NCBI GenBank assembly: GCA_965227935.1
Contig: CBDDGS010000037.1
Coordinates: 1,098-65,097 of the forward strand
Reading direction: 5' to 3'
DNA from: Cyclobacteriaceae bacterium
GTDB lineage: Bacteria > Bacteroidota > Bacteroidia > Cytophagales > Cyclobacteriaceae
DNA: 64,000 bases
Below the pieces are notes generated by a model. The model was not told where the DNA came from and made no database searches. It worked only from the letters and a program-made list of their open reading frames with translations. Shown in pieces: positions 45,585 through 54,714 of the stretch (positions within the stretch are counted from its first letter, which is position 1; each line of letters opens with the position of its first letter). The position numbers and the translations under genes are program-made.

Positions 45585-46904
45585 ATGTTCGATAGTCTTA
45601 GTGCAAAGTTAGACAGGGCGTTTAAGAACCTGAAAGGGCAGGGTAGGATCACAGAGATCAATATTGCAACGACGGTAAAAGAAATTCGTCGAGCGCTGGT
45701 CGATGCTGATGTGAACTTCAAGGTGGCGAAGGATGTGACCGATTCCATTAAAGAAAAGGCACTGGGGCGCGATGTATTGATTGCGGTTTCGCCTGGGCAA
45801 CTCCTGACAAAGATTGTATCGGAGGAGCTCACGATGCTCATGGGAGATGAGAATGTGCCCATCAGCCTCGAGGGTAACCCCAATGTCATCCTCATTTCAG
45901 GTCTGCAAGGTTCTGGTAAGACAACCTTCAGCGGCAAATTGGCTAATCGTCTGAAAAAGCAAGGGCGAACTGTGCTACTCGCTGCCTGCGATATCTATCG
46001 TCCGGCGGCGATCGACCAGCTGAAGGTGCTTGGAGAGCAAGTGGGTGTCGAAGTGTACGCAGAGCCTGAAAACAAGGACGCCGTAAAGATTGCGAAGAGT
46101 GCGATCAAATACGCACGAGACAATGGCAAGAGAACGGTCATCATTGATACAGCGGGTCGATTGGCGGTCGATGAGGAGATGATGCAGGAAATCGAGGCCG
46201 TCAAGAAAGCGGTAAATCCCGCAGAGACCCTTTTTGTGGTCGACTCGATGACGGGTCAGGATGCGGTCAATACTGCAAAGACATTTAACGAGCGCCTCAA
46301 CTTTGATGGCGTCGTGTTGACTAAACTGGATGGTGATACCCGCGGTGGAGCTGCCCTATCGATACGAAAGCAGGTAGAGAAGCCCATCAAGTTTGTCAGT
46401 ACCGGTGAGAAAATGGACGCCATCGATTTGTTTCATCCAGATCGTATGGCCAATCGGATCCTGGGGATGGGGGATGTACTCACACTGGTCGAGAAGGCTC
46501 AGCAGAACTTTGATCAGGAAGAGGCTGAGAGGCTCAATAAGAAGATCCGAAAGAACCAGTTTGGCTTCGATGATTTCCTAAAGCAGCTGGAGCAGATCAA
46601 GAAGATGGGGAATCTCAAGGACCTCATGGGAATGATCCCCGGAGTGGGCAAGGCCATGAAAGATATCGACATTGATGATGACTCTATGAAGCCCATCGAA
46701 GCCATCATCAAGTCCATGACGCCCCAGGAGCGTGAGAATCCCGACCTTATCAATGGTAGCCGACGACAGCGAATCGCCAACGGAAGTGGCACGTCCGTGC
46801 AGGAAGTCAATCAGCTCCTCAAGCAGTTTGCTCAGATGAGGAAGATGATGAAGACCATGAATAAGATGGGCGGTGCCAAGGCGCTTGGCAATATGCTCAG
46901 GTAG
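45585..46904 (+). CDS. ffh: signal recognition particle protein Ffh
   Basis: N-terminal MFDSLSAKLDRAF, GTPase motifs GLQGSGKTT / DTAGR / TKLDG, and a Met-rich M domain. Confidence 0.97.
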   Translation: MFDSLSAKLDRAFKNLKGQGRITEINIATTVKEIRRALVDADVNFKVAKDVTDSIKEKALGRDVLIAVSPGQLLTKIVSEELTMLMGDENVPISLEGNPNVILISGLQGSGKTTFSGKLANRLKKQGRTVLLAACDIYRPAAIDQLKVLGEQVGVEVYAEPENKDAVKIAKSAIKYARDNGKRTVIIDTAGRLAVDEEMMQEIEAVKKAVNPAETLFVVDSMTGQDAVNTAKTFNERLNFDGVVLTKLDGDTRGGAALSIRKQVEKPIKFVSTGEKMDAIDLFHPDRMANRILGMGDVLTLVEKAQQNFDQEEAERLNKKIRKNQFGFDDFLKQLEQIKKMGNLKDLMGMIPGVGKAMKDIDIDDDSMKPIEAIIKSMTPQERENPDLINGSRRQRIANGSGTSVQEVNQLLKQFAQMRKMMKTMNKMGGAKALGNMLR

Positions 46905-46956
46905 GTCTTCGTTCCCGACTGAGTAGCACCGCCAGTCTTAGGCGTATCCTAAGTTC

Positions 46957-47937
46957 TTAGCTGACGTAGCAGACTGCTTTTACGGCCTCAATTGTTCGCT
47001 TGACATTGGGGAGGATCTCCTCAATCAATGTCGGTGCGTAAGGCAGTGGTAAGTCCTTGCTATTCACACGGTGGATAGGGGCATCCAGGTAATCAAAGGC
47101 CTGGCGCTGTACCTGATGGCTAATGTCTGTAGAAATTGACGATAGGGGCCAGGCTTCCTCAACGATCACCAGTCGGTTGGTCTTTTTGACAGATTCGATC
47201 ACCGTGGCATAATCGATAGGCCTTACGCTGCGCATGTCGATCACTTCGGCATGGATGCCATCCTTGGCCAGTTCATCTGCTGCTTCGTAGACAACCTTCA
47301 TCATTTTGCCAAAGGAGATCAAGGTCACATCGTCACCAGTTCTAACTATGTGTGCCTTGCCCAGTGGCAGTGTATATTCTTCTTCCGGAACTTCACCTTT
47401 GTCACCATACATGAGTTCAGATTCCATGAAGATGACGGGGTCTTCGTCACGGATCGAGGACTTCAGCAGGCCCTTGGCATCATAGGGATTGGAAGGAACG
47501 ACCACCTTCAATCCTGGGGTATTGGCATACCAGTTTTCAAAATTCTGGGAGTGCTGCGAGCTCAATTGACCGGCGTTGCCTGTAGGTCCGCGGAACACAA
47601 TGGGCACGCTATACTGTCCACCAGACATGGACATCATCTTTGCCGCACCATTGATGATCTGATCTATCGCCACCAATGAGAAATTGAAGGTCATGAACTC
47701 AATGATAGGTCGCAGACCGTTCATCGCAGCACCGATGCCAATCCCGGTAAAACCCAACTCAGTGATCGGCGTGTCAATCACACGCTTCGCGCCAAATTCA
47801 TCCAGCATGCCCTGGCTTACTTTGTAGGCCCCGTTGTATTCGGCTACCTCTTCACCCATCAAAAAGATGTTTTCATCCTTTCGCATTTCCTCACTCATCG
47901 CTTCTCGAAGAGCCTCTCTGAATTGAATAGTTCGCAT
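46957..47937 (-). CDS. pdhB: pyruvate (2-oxoacid) dehydrogenase E1 component beta subunit
   Basis: 326 aa with a transketolase-like pyrimidine-binding region and C-terminal domain. The N-terminal IQFREALREAMSEEM is typical of E1-beta. Confidence 0.9.
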   Translation of the reverse strand: MRTIQFREALREAMSEEMRKDENIFLMGEEVAEYNGAYKVSQGMLDEFGAKRVIDTPITELGFTGIGIGAAMNGLRPIIEFMTFNFSLVAIDQIINGAAKMMSMSGGQYSVPIVFRGPTGNAGQLSSQHSQNFENWYANTPGLKVVVPSNPYDAKGLLKSSIRDEDPVIFMESELMYGDKGEVPEEEYTLPLGKAHIVRTGDDVTLISFGKMMKVVYEAADELAKDGIHAEVIDMRSVRPIDYATVIESVKKTNRLVIVEEAWPLSSISTDISHQVQRQAFDYLDAPIHRVNSKDLPLPYAPTLIEEILPNVKRTIEAVKAVCYVS

Positions 47938-48055
47938 TGGTGTCGTCTTCTGATTATTGAGCCGCTAAATTAGTATAGACCAAGTAAATACGCGGGGCCG
48001 CACAAATAATATTGTCGCTGCTCTGTCGAGTCAATTTGTTGATAGAGCGACCTCC

Positions 48056-48083
48056 AACAAAAAAGCCCTCACTAGGAGGGCTT
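48056..48083 (-). terminator. rho-independent terminator of the TPR lipoprotein gene
   Basis: On the minus strand, the AAGCCCTC-CTAGT-GAGGGCTT stem is followed by TTTTGTT, about 28 nt after the stop codon. Confidence 0.6.
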
Positions 48084-48110
48084 CTTCGAAAAATTAATTT
48101 TGAATATGCA

Positions 48111-49910
48111 TTACTTGACTGCCTCGTTCACCGCATTGGCGTAGTTAGTGAACTCAAGGTCAGCAAGCGCTTTTTCTTTCAAAGAAGGCTCAGCCTTCAC
48201 AGCTGCAGCCAGGTAGGTAGTTACATCCGCAGGGCTGTTTCTACGAGCAGCAGCTACCGCGCGGTAGTAGTTAGCATCAGCACCTATGGCGTCAGAATCT
48301 GCGGCATCACCGAAGAAGGTATCTGCGGCAGTGTAATCCTTAGAAAGCAAGTGAGCCAAACCTCTGTCGAAGTTTACGATATCAGAAGTTGCAGCGCTAG
48401 CGAGTGAAGACTTAGCAGCATCGTACTGAGCCATGCGAATTTCGATAGCACCTTTCAATGCGTTGATAGCAGCAGTCAATTGGTTGTTAGGACCTTTGCC
48501 AAGCGCAGCATTCACACTTTCGTAAGCTTTCGCATACTCTCCCTGCATCATGTAAGCAGAAGCCATGTTAGCGTGTACTTCGGCTGCATCATTCTTATTA
48601 GCTGCAATCTCCAACTGAGTAAGAGCGTCCTGTACAAGCTGATCTTTGTTGCCCATGCCACTTCGAGCCATGTCGAGGTGTGCTGCAGCGAGGTTATTGT
48701 GTGCTTGCCAGCTTCCGTCTTTCTTCGTAGAGGCTGCGTAGATATCAATCTTTTCTTCCATGGAAGGAGTCAGTGTGCCAGCGAAGAGCAACTCATTGCT
48801 TTCGAGCGTGTCAGCTGTGATATCACCTTTGGCAATACCGCGAGCAAGTACAGCAATCTCTGCATTTGACTTCTTCTCCTTTACAGTGAGGATCTCAGTC
48901 TTCGCTGTACGCAGAGTAGGGTAGATATCGTTGAATACCTTTTTGTAGCTCGCGATCTTCTGCAACTGCTTCTCCTTGTCTTCGAATGAACCAGAACCGT
49001 CGATGATCCGGATGTATTCGTTCTTCTCGCCGCTTTCGATACCGTCATACTCTCGAAGAGCTGTACGGAACTCAGACCAGCTCTCGACGACAGGCTTCAG
49101 GATGAACTCGATAGAGTCAGCTACACCCTGGTAGTCATATCGTCGCATCTGGCTTCTATAGTACTTTTCGATCGTCTCAGCACGATCTTGAGACAGGTTG
49201 CTGTTGACTCTCTCAGGACCTTCAGGAGAGTGAGTACCAGTGATCGTCACAGTGCGAGTTACGTTCTTCTCAGCGATGAAAGCTGAAAGATTGTCTCTCT
49301 TCTGACGGTTAGAAGTACCATCTGTGGACAGGCTTGTAACCAAACGAGACACACCCTGAGGGAAGAAGAAGTTTACGTTAGTAGGGATCAACTCTTCCTT
49401 GTCATTGTATCCGTGGTCAGCATAAGCGGCCAGGTAAGAATCCTTCACAGCAAGAGAAGTGGTGATGATACCAGTAGCAACCTGCATTTTCGCAGTTTCC
49501 TTGAAGTTTCCGTTTCGAGGATCTGTCGCTCGACCTTGAATCATCAGTGTACCCGGATTCAATTCATCGCTGTAAGGGAACTCAAAATTTTCGCTTTTCC
49601 TGGAAGTGGATGTGCTGCTGTTGGGGAAGTCTTCCGCCTTAAACTCAACACTGCCTACTTCCATCTCTTTGTCACCGTACTGATAAAAAGTCGTGATAGT
49701 CCAGATTTTCCCGGAAGGCAACATTTTTGGTGGCAATACCGCCGACATAGAGAAAGGTACTTGTCCACCGTGAGCTTCAAGAGGATTGGGATCCACCTGC
49801 AAATCTTGCTGATCTGCAAGCTTTACCATTTTAGCCAGAGAACATCCTGATAGAATCACTGCGCTCAGAACAATCCCAAAGGCAAGGTTGAAAAGTTTCA
49901 TTTTGATCAT
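48111..49910 (-). CDS. lipoprotein with OmpA-like motif and C-terminal TPR-like repeats
   Basis: Lipoprotein signal (..VILSGC). The central ITGTHSPEGPERVNSNLSQDRAETIEKYY resembles the OmpA-C peptidoglycan-binding motif. The C-terminus is Ala-rich and helical, resembling TPR repeats. Confidence 0.8.
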   Translation of the reverse strand: MIKMKLFNLAFGIVLSAVILSGCSLAKMVKLADQQDLQVDPNPLEAHGGQVPFSMSAVLPPKMLPSGKIWTITTFYQYGDKEMEVGSVEFKAEDFPNSSTSTSRKSENFEFPYSDELNPGTLMIQGRATDPRNGNFKETAKMQVATGIITTSLAVKDSYLAAYADHGYNDKEELIPTNVNFFFPQGVSRLVTSLSTDGTSNRQKRDNLSAFIAEKNVTRTVTITGTHSPEGPERVNSNLSQDRAETIEKYYRSQMRRYDYQGVADSIEFILKPVVESWSEFRTALREYDGIESGEKNEYIRIIDGSGSFEDKEKQLQKIASYKKVFNDIYPTLRTAKTEILTVKEKKSNAEIAVLARGIAKGDITADTLESNELLFAGTLTPSMEEKIDIYAASTKKDGSWQAHNNLAAAHLDMARSGMGNKDQLVQDALTQLEIAANKNDAAEVHANMASAYMMQGEYAKAYESVNAALGKGPNNQLTAAINALKGAIEIRMAQYDAAKSSLASAATSDIVNFDRGLAHLLSKDYTAADTFFGDAADSDAIGADANYYRAVAAARRNSPADVTTYLAAAVKAEPSLKEKALADLEFTNYANAVNEAVK

Positions 49911-50026
49911 GGTTTCCGTTTTATGCTATCCAAATGCGCCGATTGCGCGGGTTTTAATTTTTTGCAATAATACTTAAAAATAAACATTACACTATGTGCG
50001 TTAGAAAGAAATACAAAGCGAAGAAT

Positions 50027-50034
50027 TATCTTTG
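50027..50034 (+). promoter_or_regulatory. putative sigma-A -7 box (TATCTTTG)
   Basis: Exact TAnnTTTG match ending 20 nt before TTG 50055, the start of the PspC-like reading frame. Confidence 0.4.
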
Positions 50035-50054
50035 CAAAAAGGCTATAGAGAATT

Positions 50055-50274
50055 TTGAATAAGGTGCAGAACTTTCTTGAACGACATGCTTTCGGCGTAT
50101 GTACCAGGCTGGGGGAGAAGTTCGATATTCCGACCTCTAATATTCGGGCTATCCTTCATTTACGCCTCGTTTCTCACATTTGGGTCTCCGATCCTCATTT
50201 ATCTGGCTCTAGCGTTTGTCATGGACTTTCGCAAGATGCTCAGGCGCCGTCACAACTCCCTTTGGTACTACTAA
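50055..50274 (+). pseudogene. PspC-domain small membrane protein, disrupted by a +1 frameshift near 50151-50157
   Basis: The N-terminal half (FLERHAFGVCTRLGEKFDIPTSNIRA) is in frame 50055. The TM half (FIYASFLTFGSPILIYLALAFVMDFRKMLRRR) is in frame 50077. Removing one C from ATCC restores ..NIRAIFIYASF.. Confidence 0.6.
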
Positions 50275-50315
50275 CGGGTTTCTCTTTTCACGACAGCTGG
50301 CTGTAGGTTTTCCTA

Positions 50316-51294
50316 TCAGCGACGAAATACTGATAAACAACGGGTGATTGACTTTCGCCTCCCAGGGCAAGCATCGTTCTGTCTTTTCTTTTTCGCAGCG
50401 TTTTTTCCTATCGATAGGAAGTAATCGAATATGGCAGACAATACTGCGCGCCCATGAGCCGAGGAGCTATCACGCCAAAACACAAATGCCGCAACGAAAT
50501 CAAGCGTCAGACGCACCGGCAACTTCCACCACAGTTCGTTCCAAGGCATGTTTTTTGGTGATCAATGTCAGGTTATTTCGAAAGTTGAGGTAGGTTTTTC
50601 TGGGATTGGTCGCTGACAGCGTCCCGCCTCCTACGTGAAAAACGATACTTTCAGGTACGCAAGCGAACTTGTGCCCCATTGCTCCGAGGCGCCAGCAAAG
50701 ATCGATCTCCTCCATGTGTGCAAAGAAATCGGGGTCAAATCCTCCCGCTTCGTGGAACAACCTGGATCGAATAAGCATCGCCGCCCCGCTAGCCCAAAAG
50801 GTCTCGACCGTATTGTCGTATTGCCCGGTGTCCTTTTCGATGGTATCAAAGATCCTACCGCGACAATAGGGATAACCCAGGGGGTCGATAAATGCCCCTG
50901 CCGCCCCGGCGTATTCAAAGGCATCTCGTTGTGTGTGGGATTTGATCTTAGGCTGTACCGCGGCATATTCTTTGTGCTCCTCCAGATAATCGAGGAGAGG
51001 GGTGATCCATCCGGCTGTGACCTCTATATCAGAATTGATCAGTGCATAGTACTCGGCCTCGACGTTGAGCAGTGCCTCGTTGTATCCGCCCGCATAGCCA
51101 TAATTCTTTTCCAGTTCGATCACTTCGATACCCTCGAAGTCCTCGGCCATTACTTTCAGGGAATCATCAGTGGAGGCATTGTCGGCCACAACGACGTTTT
51201 CTTTGCCACAATGCGCTATGACGGAGGGAAGAAATTGCCGCAAGAAGTCGGAGCCATTATAGTTGAGGATGACCGCGGCGTATTTTCTCATCAC
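50316..51294 (-). pseudogene. family-2 glycosyltransferase, disrupted by a +1 frameshift in an A6 run (T6 at 50551-50556 on the plus strand)
   Basis: The GT2 catalytic part is ORF 50500-51294. The C-terminal membrane-associated part (WWKLPVRLTLDFVAAFVF..) continues in ORF 50316-50549 in another frame. An A5 run would read ..LITKNMPWNELWWKL.. Confidence 0.75.
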
Positions 51295-51623
51295 ACCATG
51301 TTGTTGAAGTCAAATCCCGGAATGTTCGGGAGAAGGCCTTCGGTAGCTTTTTTGATGTGCTCTTTGCTTGCTGCGTCTACTTCCTTCATGCCCTTGTTGA
51401 TAGCCGCGATGATCAGGTCTTTCATCAGATCAGTGTCCTTTTCGTTGTGCAGGGACTCGTCGATTTCCAGCGAGAGAATTTCCCGGTTACCGTTTATTGT
51501 GGCCTTTACCATTCCCGCACCAGCCTCGGCTTCGATTTGCACTTCTGCGAGGCTCGCCTGAGCTTCCTTCATCTTTTCCTGGACATCCTTCAGCTTGCCC
51601 ATCATTTTCATCATATCAAACAT
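51291..51623 (-). CDS. YbaB/EbfC-family nucleoid-associated protein
   Basis: 110 aa; N-terminal MFDMMKMMGKLKDVQEKMKEAQ is typical of the family. Confidence 0.9.
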   Translation of the reverse strand: MFDMMKMMGKLKDVQEKMKEAQASLAEVQIEAEAGAGMVKATINGNREILSLEIDESLHNEKDTDLMKDLIIAAINKGMKEVDAASKEHIKKATEGLLPNIPGFDFNNMV

Positions 51624-51630
51624 AAGGCGA

Positions 51631-53256
51631 CTAGTTTCTTATTAACACAAAGCTACCCCGCTGGCGAATTGTTTCGTTGAGAGAATTGAGAAAAGTCAGG
51701 TCATAGAAGTATACTCCTTCCGGAGCACGATTCCCTCGGTAGGTGCCGTCCCAGCCAATCTCTGCCGATGATGACTGAAAAATGACTTCTCCCCAGCGAT
51801 TGTAGATCTTCCAATCTATGGCATCGTTGGACAGGCCGATGATCCGAAGTTCATCATTGAGGAAGTCGCCGTTGGGAGTGAAGCCGTCAGGGATGTAGGC
51901 ATAATACTCGTAAGTAAGCGGCACTCGATTGGACTCAATGACCACGCCTGTATCGTAAATCGTTCTTAGATAGACGTACTGCGTTCTCCCGAATGGTTCC
52001 TCTAGAAAGATCTCTGTAGGGTTGTCGGGGTTGTTGAAAACCTGCTCCTGGCCGTTTTCGCCTACGACAATGAGGCTATTGAGTGTGTTGCCAGTAAGCT
52101 GCGTAGTTGGCGGCTTCCACGTGAAGGAATAATGATTGGCCCTCGTTTCCTCCCCAGAAACGAAGGAAGTGAGCAAGCTGACAGGTGGGATCACATTTCC
52201 GCATACATCGGCAAATCCGATGCGATATTCGTATTCGCGGAAATTTGAAACATTGCGATCGATATATCCAGGGTATAGTGTATCGAGGCGTTCGAAGTCA
52301 AAGCCAAGTGCGCGCTTGTCGCCAAAAAAACCTCCAATGGCGACTTCGTCAAACGACAGTAGCACGTCGCCATTGCTGAAGGTGGCGTAGGCATTGGATA
52401 TCTCAGGTGCGATCGAATTTGGATTCGTCACGCAAAAGTCTTGTCCTTGGGCGACTTCAAAGGAGCATGCCGAGAGCGCGTTGACCCGAAAGCATATCCG
52501 TCGATCGGTGGAAAATGTAAATTCTGGGAAATACAGTGAGTCTGTGGTGATCTCACCTTCGAAGACGGTAAGGTACGACCCTGTACCGGCGCGGAATTGT
52601 ACCTGGTAATACTGTTGGGGGTCAACCGTGAAATAGACCGTCGCATTCAAGCTGGAGAGACAGCTGCGCGTAAGTTGCACATCGGTGACGCGTCCATTGT
52701 TAGTGAAGGGCACGATATCTACACTCTGAGTGACGGCGGCACAATTTGTGGCACCTGCAGAGAAACTGCCCTGAACGGTTATATTCTGAATACCGGTCGA
52801 TCCATAGGTGTGCACCACTGGATCGTCATTGGAGGACACCACCATCTGATTATTGGCATCAAAGTCCACCACATAGTCGGAGTAATAATTATCAGTTATG
52901 ATGAGTTCGACCTGGTTGTCTTCGCACTTGAAAATTTGAAATTCGGGGTCCCGGGAATCAAAAACCTCGATAACGAGTGTGTCTGTCTTCGGACTCACAT
53001 CTACTCCTACGATTTGCACAAGGGAGTAAATGCCTGGTTGGAGGTAAGTGTAGGTGGTATCACTGGTTGCGGCCAGGCCATTTTCGTAGATGTACTGTCG
53101 GGTAATGTTGCCGAAGTCATCCAGACTTTCAATATTGACCGTTAGGGGTGCACATCCACTACTGATCTCTACGGAAAAGCGTCCCTCTTGACTGACGGTT
53201 TGGGCCATCGTCGACAGACAGATAAACAGCAATATCGGGAAGATACAATGTCTCAA
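51631..53256 (-). CDS. T9SS type-B sorting-domain (gliding-motility C-terminal domain) protein
   Basis: Signal peptide. The C-terminal YIPDGFTPNGDFLNDELRIIG .. WKIYNRWGEVIFQS .. WDGTYRG .. GVYFY matches the CHU_C / type-B CTD pattern. Confidence 0.85.
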   Translation of the reverse strand: MRHCIFPILLFICLSTMAQTVSQEGRFSVEISSGCAPLTVNIESLDDFGNITRQYIYENGLAATSDTTYTYLQPGIYSLVQIVGVDVSPKTDTLVIEVFDSRDPEFQIFKCEDNQVELIITDNYYSDYVVDFDANNQMVVSSNDDPVVHTYGSTGIQNITVQGSFSAGATNCAAVTQSVDIVPFTNNGRVTDVQLTRSCLSSLNATVYFTVDPQQYYQVQFRAGTGSYLTVFEGEITTDSLYFPEFTFSTDRRICFRVNALSACSFEVAQGQDFCVTNPNSIAPEISNAYATFSNGDVLLSFDEVAIGGFFGDKRALGFDFERLDTLYPGYIDRNVSNFREYEYRIGFADVCGNVIPPVSLLTSFVSGEETRANHYSFTWKPPTTQLTGNTLNSLIVVGENGQEQVFNNPDNPTEIFLEEPFGRTQYVYLRTIYDTGVVIESNRVPLTYEYYAYIPDGFTPNGDFLNDELRIIGLSNDAIDWKIYNRWGEVIFQSSSAEIGWDGTYRGNRAPEGVYFYDLTFLNSLNETIRQRGSFVLIRN

Positions 53257-53280
53257 GGAACCTTCGAGTTCTGTGTGTTA

Positions 53281-54636
53281 TCAACGCAGTTCGTTAACGA
53301 TGGATTGCCAAGATAATTTCTTTTGCTCGCCAGACAGCATGTTTTTTAAGGAAAATACACCTTCCTCTATCTCTTGACTGCCGATGGTGACGACAAATGG
53401 CACTCCCAATTTGTTGGCATAGCTCATCTGTTTCTTGACTTTTGAGACCTCAGGGTATATATCGGACCGCACACCCGCTTGCCTTAGTTCGCTCAGGAGC
53501 TTGATCCCGTATCGAAAGCTGTCTTCGTCCAAATGAGTGATGAGTACTTTCAGATGTTCGGCGGTATCACTTGGAAACAGCTGGAGCTCTTCCATCACAT
53601 CGTAAATGCGGTCGAGGCCAAAAGAGATCCCGATGCCCGACGTATCTGGGAGTCCGAAGATCCCTGTAAGGTCATCGTATCGGCCTCCACCCAGTATGCT
53701 TCCCATGGCTACCGTCGTGGGTACCACTTCGAAGATCATTCCAGTATAGTAAGAGAGCCCCCTGGCCAGACTCCAGTCCAATTGCAATTTTGTCGGTGTG
53801 TCACGCGCTTTCTCGAGCAATTCAAGGAATTCCTTCAGCACCTGGAGCGCTGCATTATTGGGTAGTAGGCCTTGCATCAGTTCCAGCCTCGTGGCGTTGT
53901 CACCGTCGGTCGTGATGAGTTGCAGGAGTTTCTCCAGTTTGCCTTCGTCGCATCCCAGTGCCGCCAGTTCCTCAGAAACCCTCTCAGCACCGATTTTGTC
54001 GAGTTTATCGACGATAGCACAGAAGGGAACTTCTTTGTCTTTGGCACCGGCCCATTCGGCGAGCCCAAACAGTATCTCTCTATGGTTGATTTTGAGCTGA
54101 TAGTCCTCCAGGCCCAGGTCTCGGAAGACATCGTGGATGAGCAGGGTCAGCTCTGCCTCGTTCCAAATCGATCGTGTGCCGATGATGTCCACGTCGCACT
54201 GATAGAACTCCTGATAACGGCCTTTTTGTGGTCGGTCTCCCCGCCATACGGGTTGGATTTGATAGCGTTTGAACGGGAACGTGAGGTCATTTCTGTGCAT
54301 AACCACAAACCTTGCAAAGGGCACAGTCAGGTCGTATCGCAAGCCTCTTTTGGCGATCTTCGGCAAGATGGACCCCGGGCCATTCTCCAAATCGGCCGCC
54401 GTCACATCTTTTGAGAAATCTCCATTGTTGAGCACCTTGAAGAGGAGTTGATCTCCTTCGTCGCCGTACTTACCTGTTAGAACCGACAGGTTTTCGAGCG
54501 TGGGCGTCTCAATTTTTGTGAAGCCGTAGGTTTGAAAATTGGACTCAATCCGAGCAATGATGTACTGCCGCTTGGCTGTCTCTTCGGGTCCAAAGTCACG
54601 AGTTCCTTTTGGTAGTGTGGGTTTCTGCACAATCAA
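53281..54636 (-). CDS. hisS: histidine--tRNA ligase
   Basis: N-terminal QKPTLPKGTRDF, class-II motifs (RGLSYYTG) and an anticodon-binding C-terminal domain. TTG start. Confidence 0.95.
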   Translation of the reverse strand: MIVQKPTLPKGTRDFGPEETAKRQYIIARIESNFQTYGFTKIETPTLENLSVLTGKYGDEGDQLLFKVLNNGDFSKDVTAADLENGPGSILPKIAKRGLRYDLTVPFARFVVMHRNDLTFPFKRYQIQPVWRGDRPQKGRYQEFYQCDVDIIGTRSIWNEAELTLLIHDVFRDLGLEDYQLKINHREILFGLAEWAGAKDKEVPFCAIVDKLDKIGAERVSEELAALGCDEGKLEKLLQLITTDGDNATRLELMQGLLPNNAALQVLKEFLELLEKARDTPTKLQLDWSLARGLSYYTGMIFEVVPTTVAMGSILGGGRYDDLTGIFGLPDTSGIGISFGLDRIYDVMEELQLFPSDTAEHLKVLITHLDEDSFRYGIKLLSELRQAGVRSDIYPEVSKVKKQMSYANKLGVPFVVTIGSQEIEEGVFSLKNMLSGEQKKLSWQSIVNELR

Positions 54637-54650
54637 GCGTTCTATTTGGA

Positions 54651-54658
54651 CAAAACTA
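54651..54658 (-). promoter_or_regulatory. putative sigma-A -7 box (TAGTTTTG on the minus strand)
   Basis: Exact TAnnTTTG match ending 14 nt before the hisS start. Confidence 0.35.
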
Positions 54659-54668
54659 TATAAAACCC

Positions 54669-54676
54669 TAATTTTG
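54669..54676 (+). promoter_or_regulatory. putative sigma-A -7 box (TAATTTTG)
   Basis: Exact TAnnTTTG match 38 nt upstream of ATG 54715. Confidence 0.4.
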
Positions 54677-54714
54677 CCGCCCGATTCATTGGGGCAATTA
54701 CAATTGACAAGAAA

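Noticed and set aside
50635-51561. 308-aa plus-strand ORF across the GT2 and YbaB genes
   Set aside because: It is antisense to two genes with clear family motifs, and its low-complexity Arg/Ser/Cys-rich sequence has no supporting signals.
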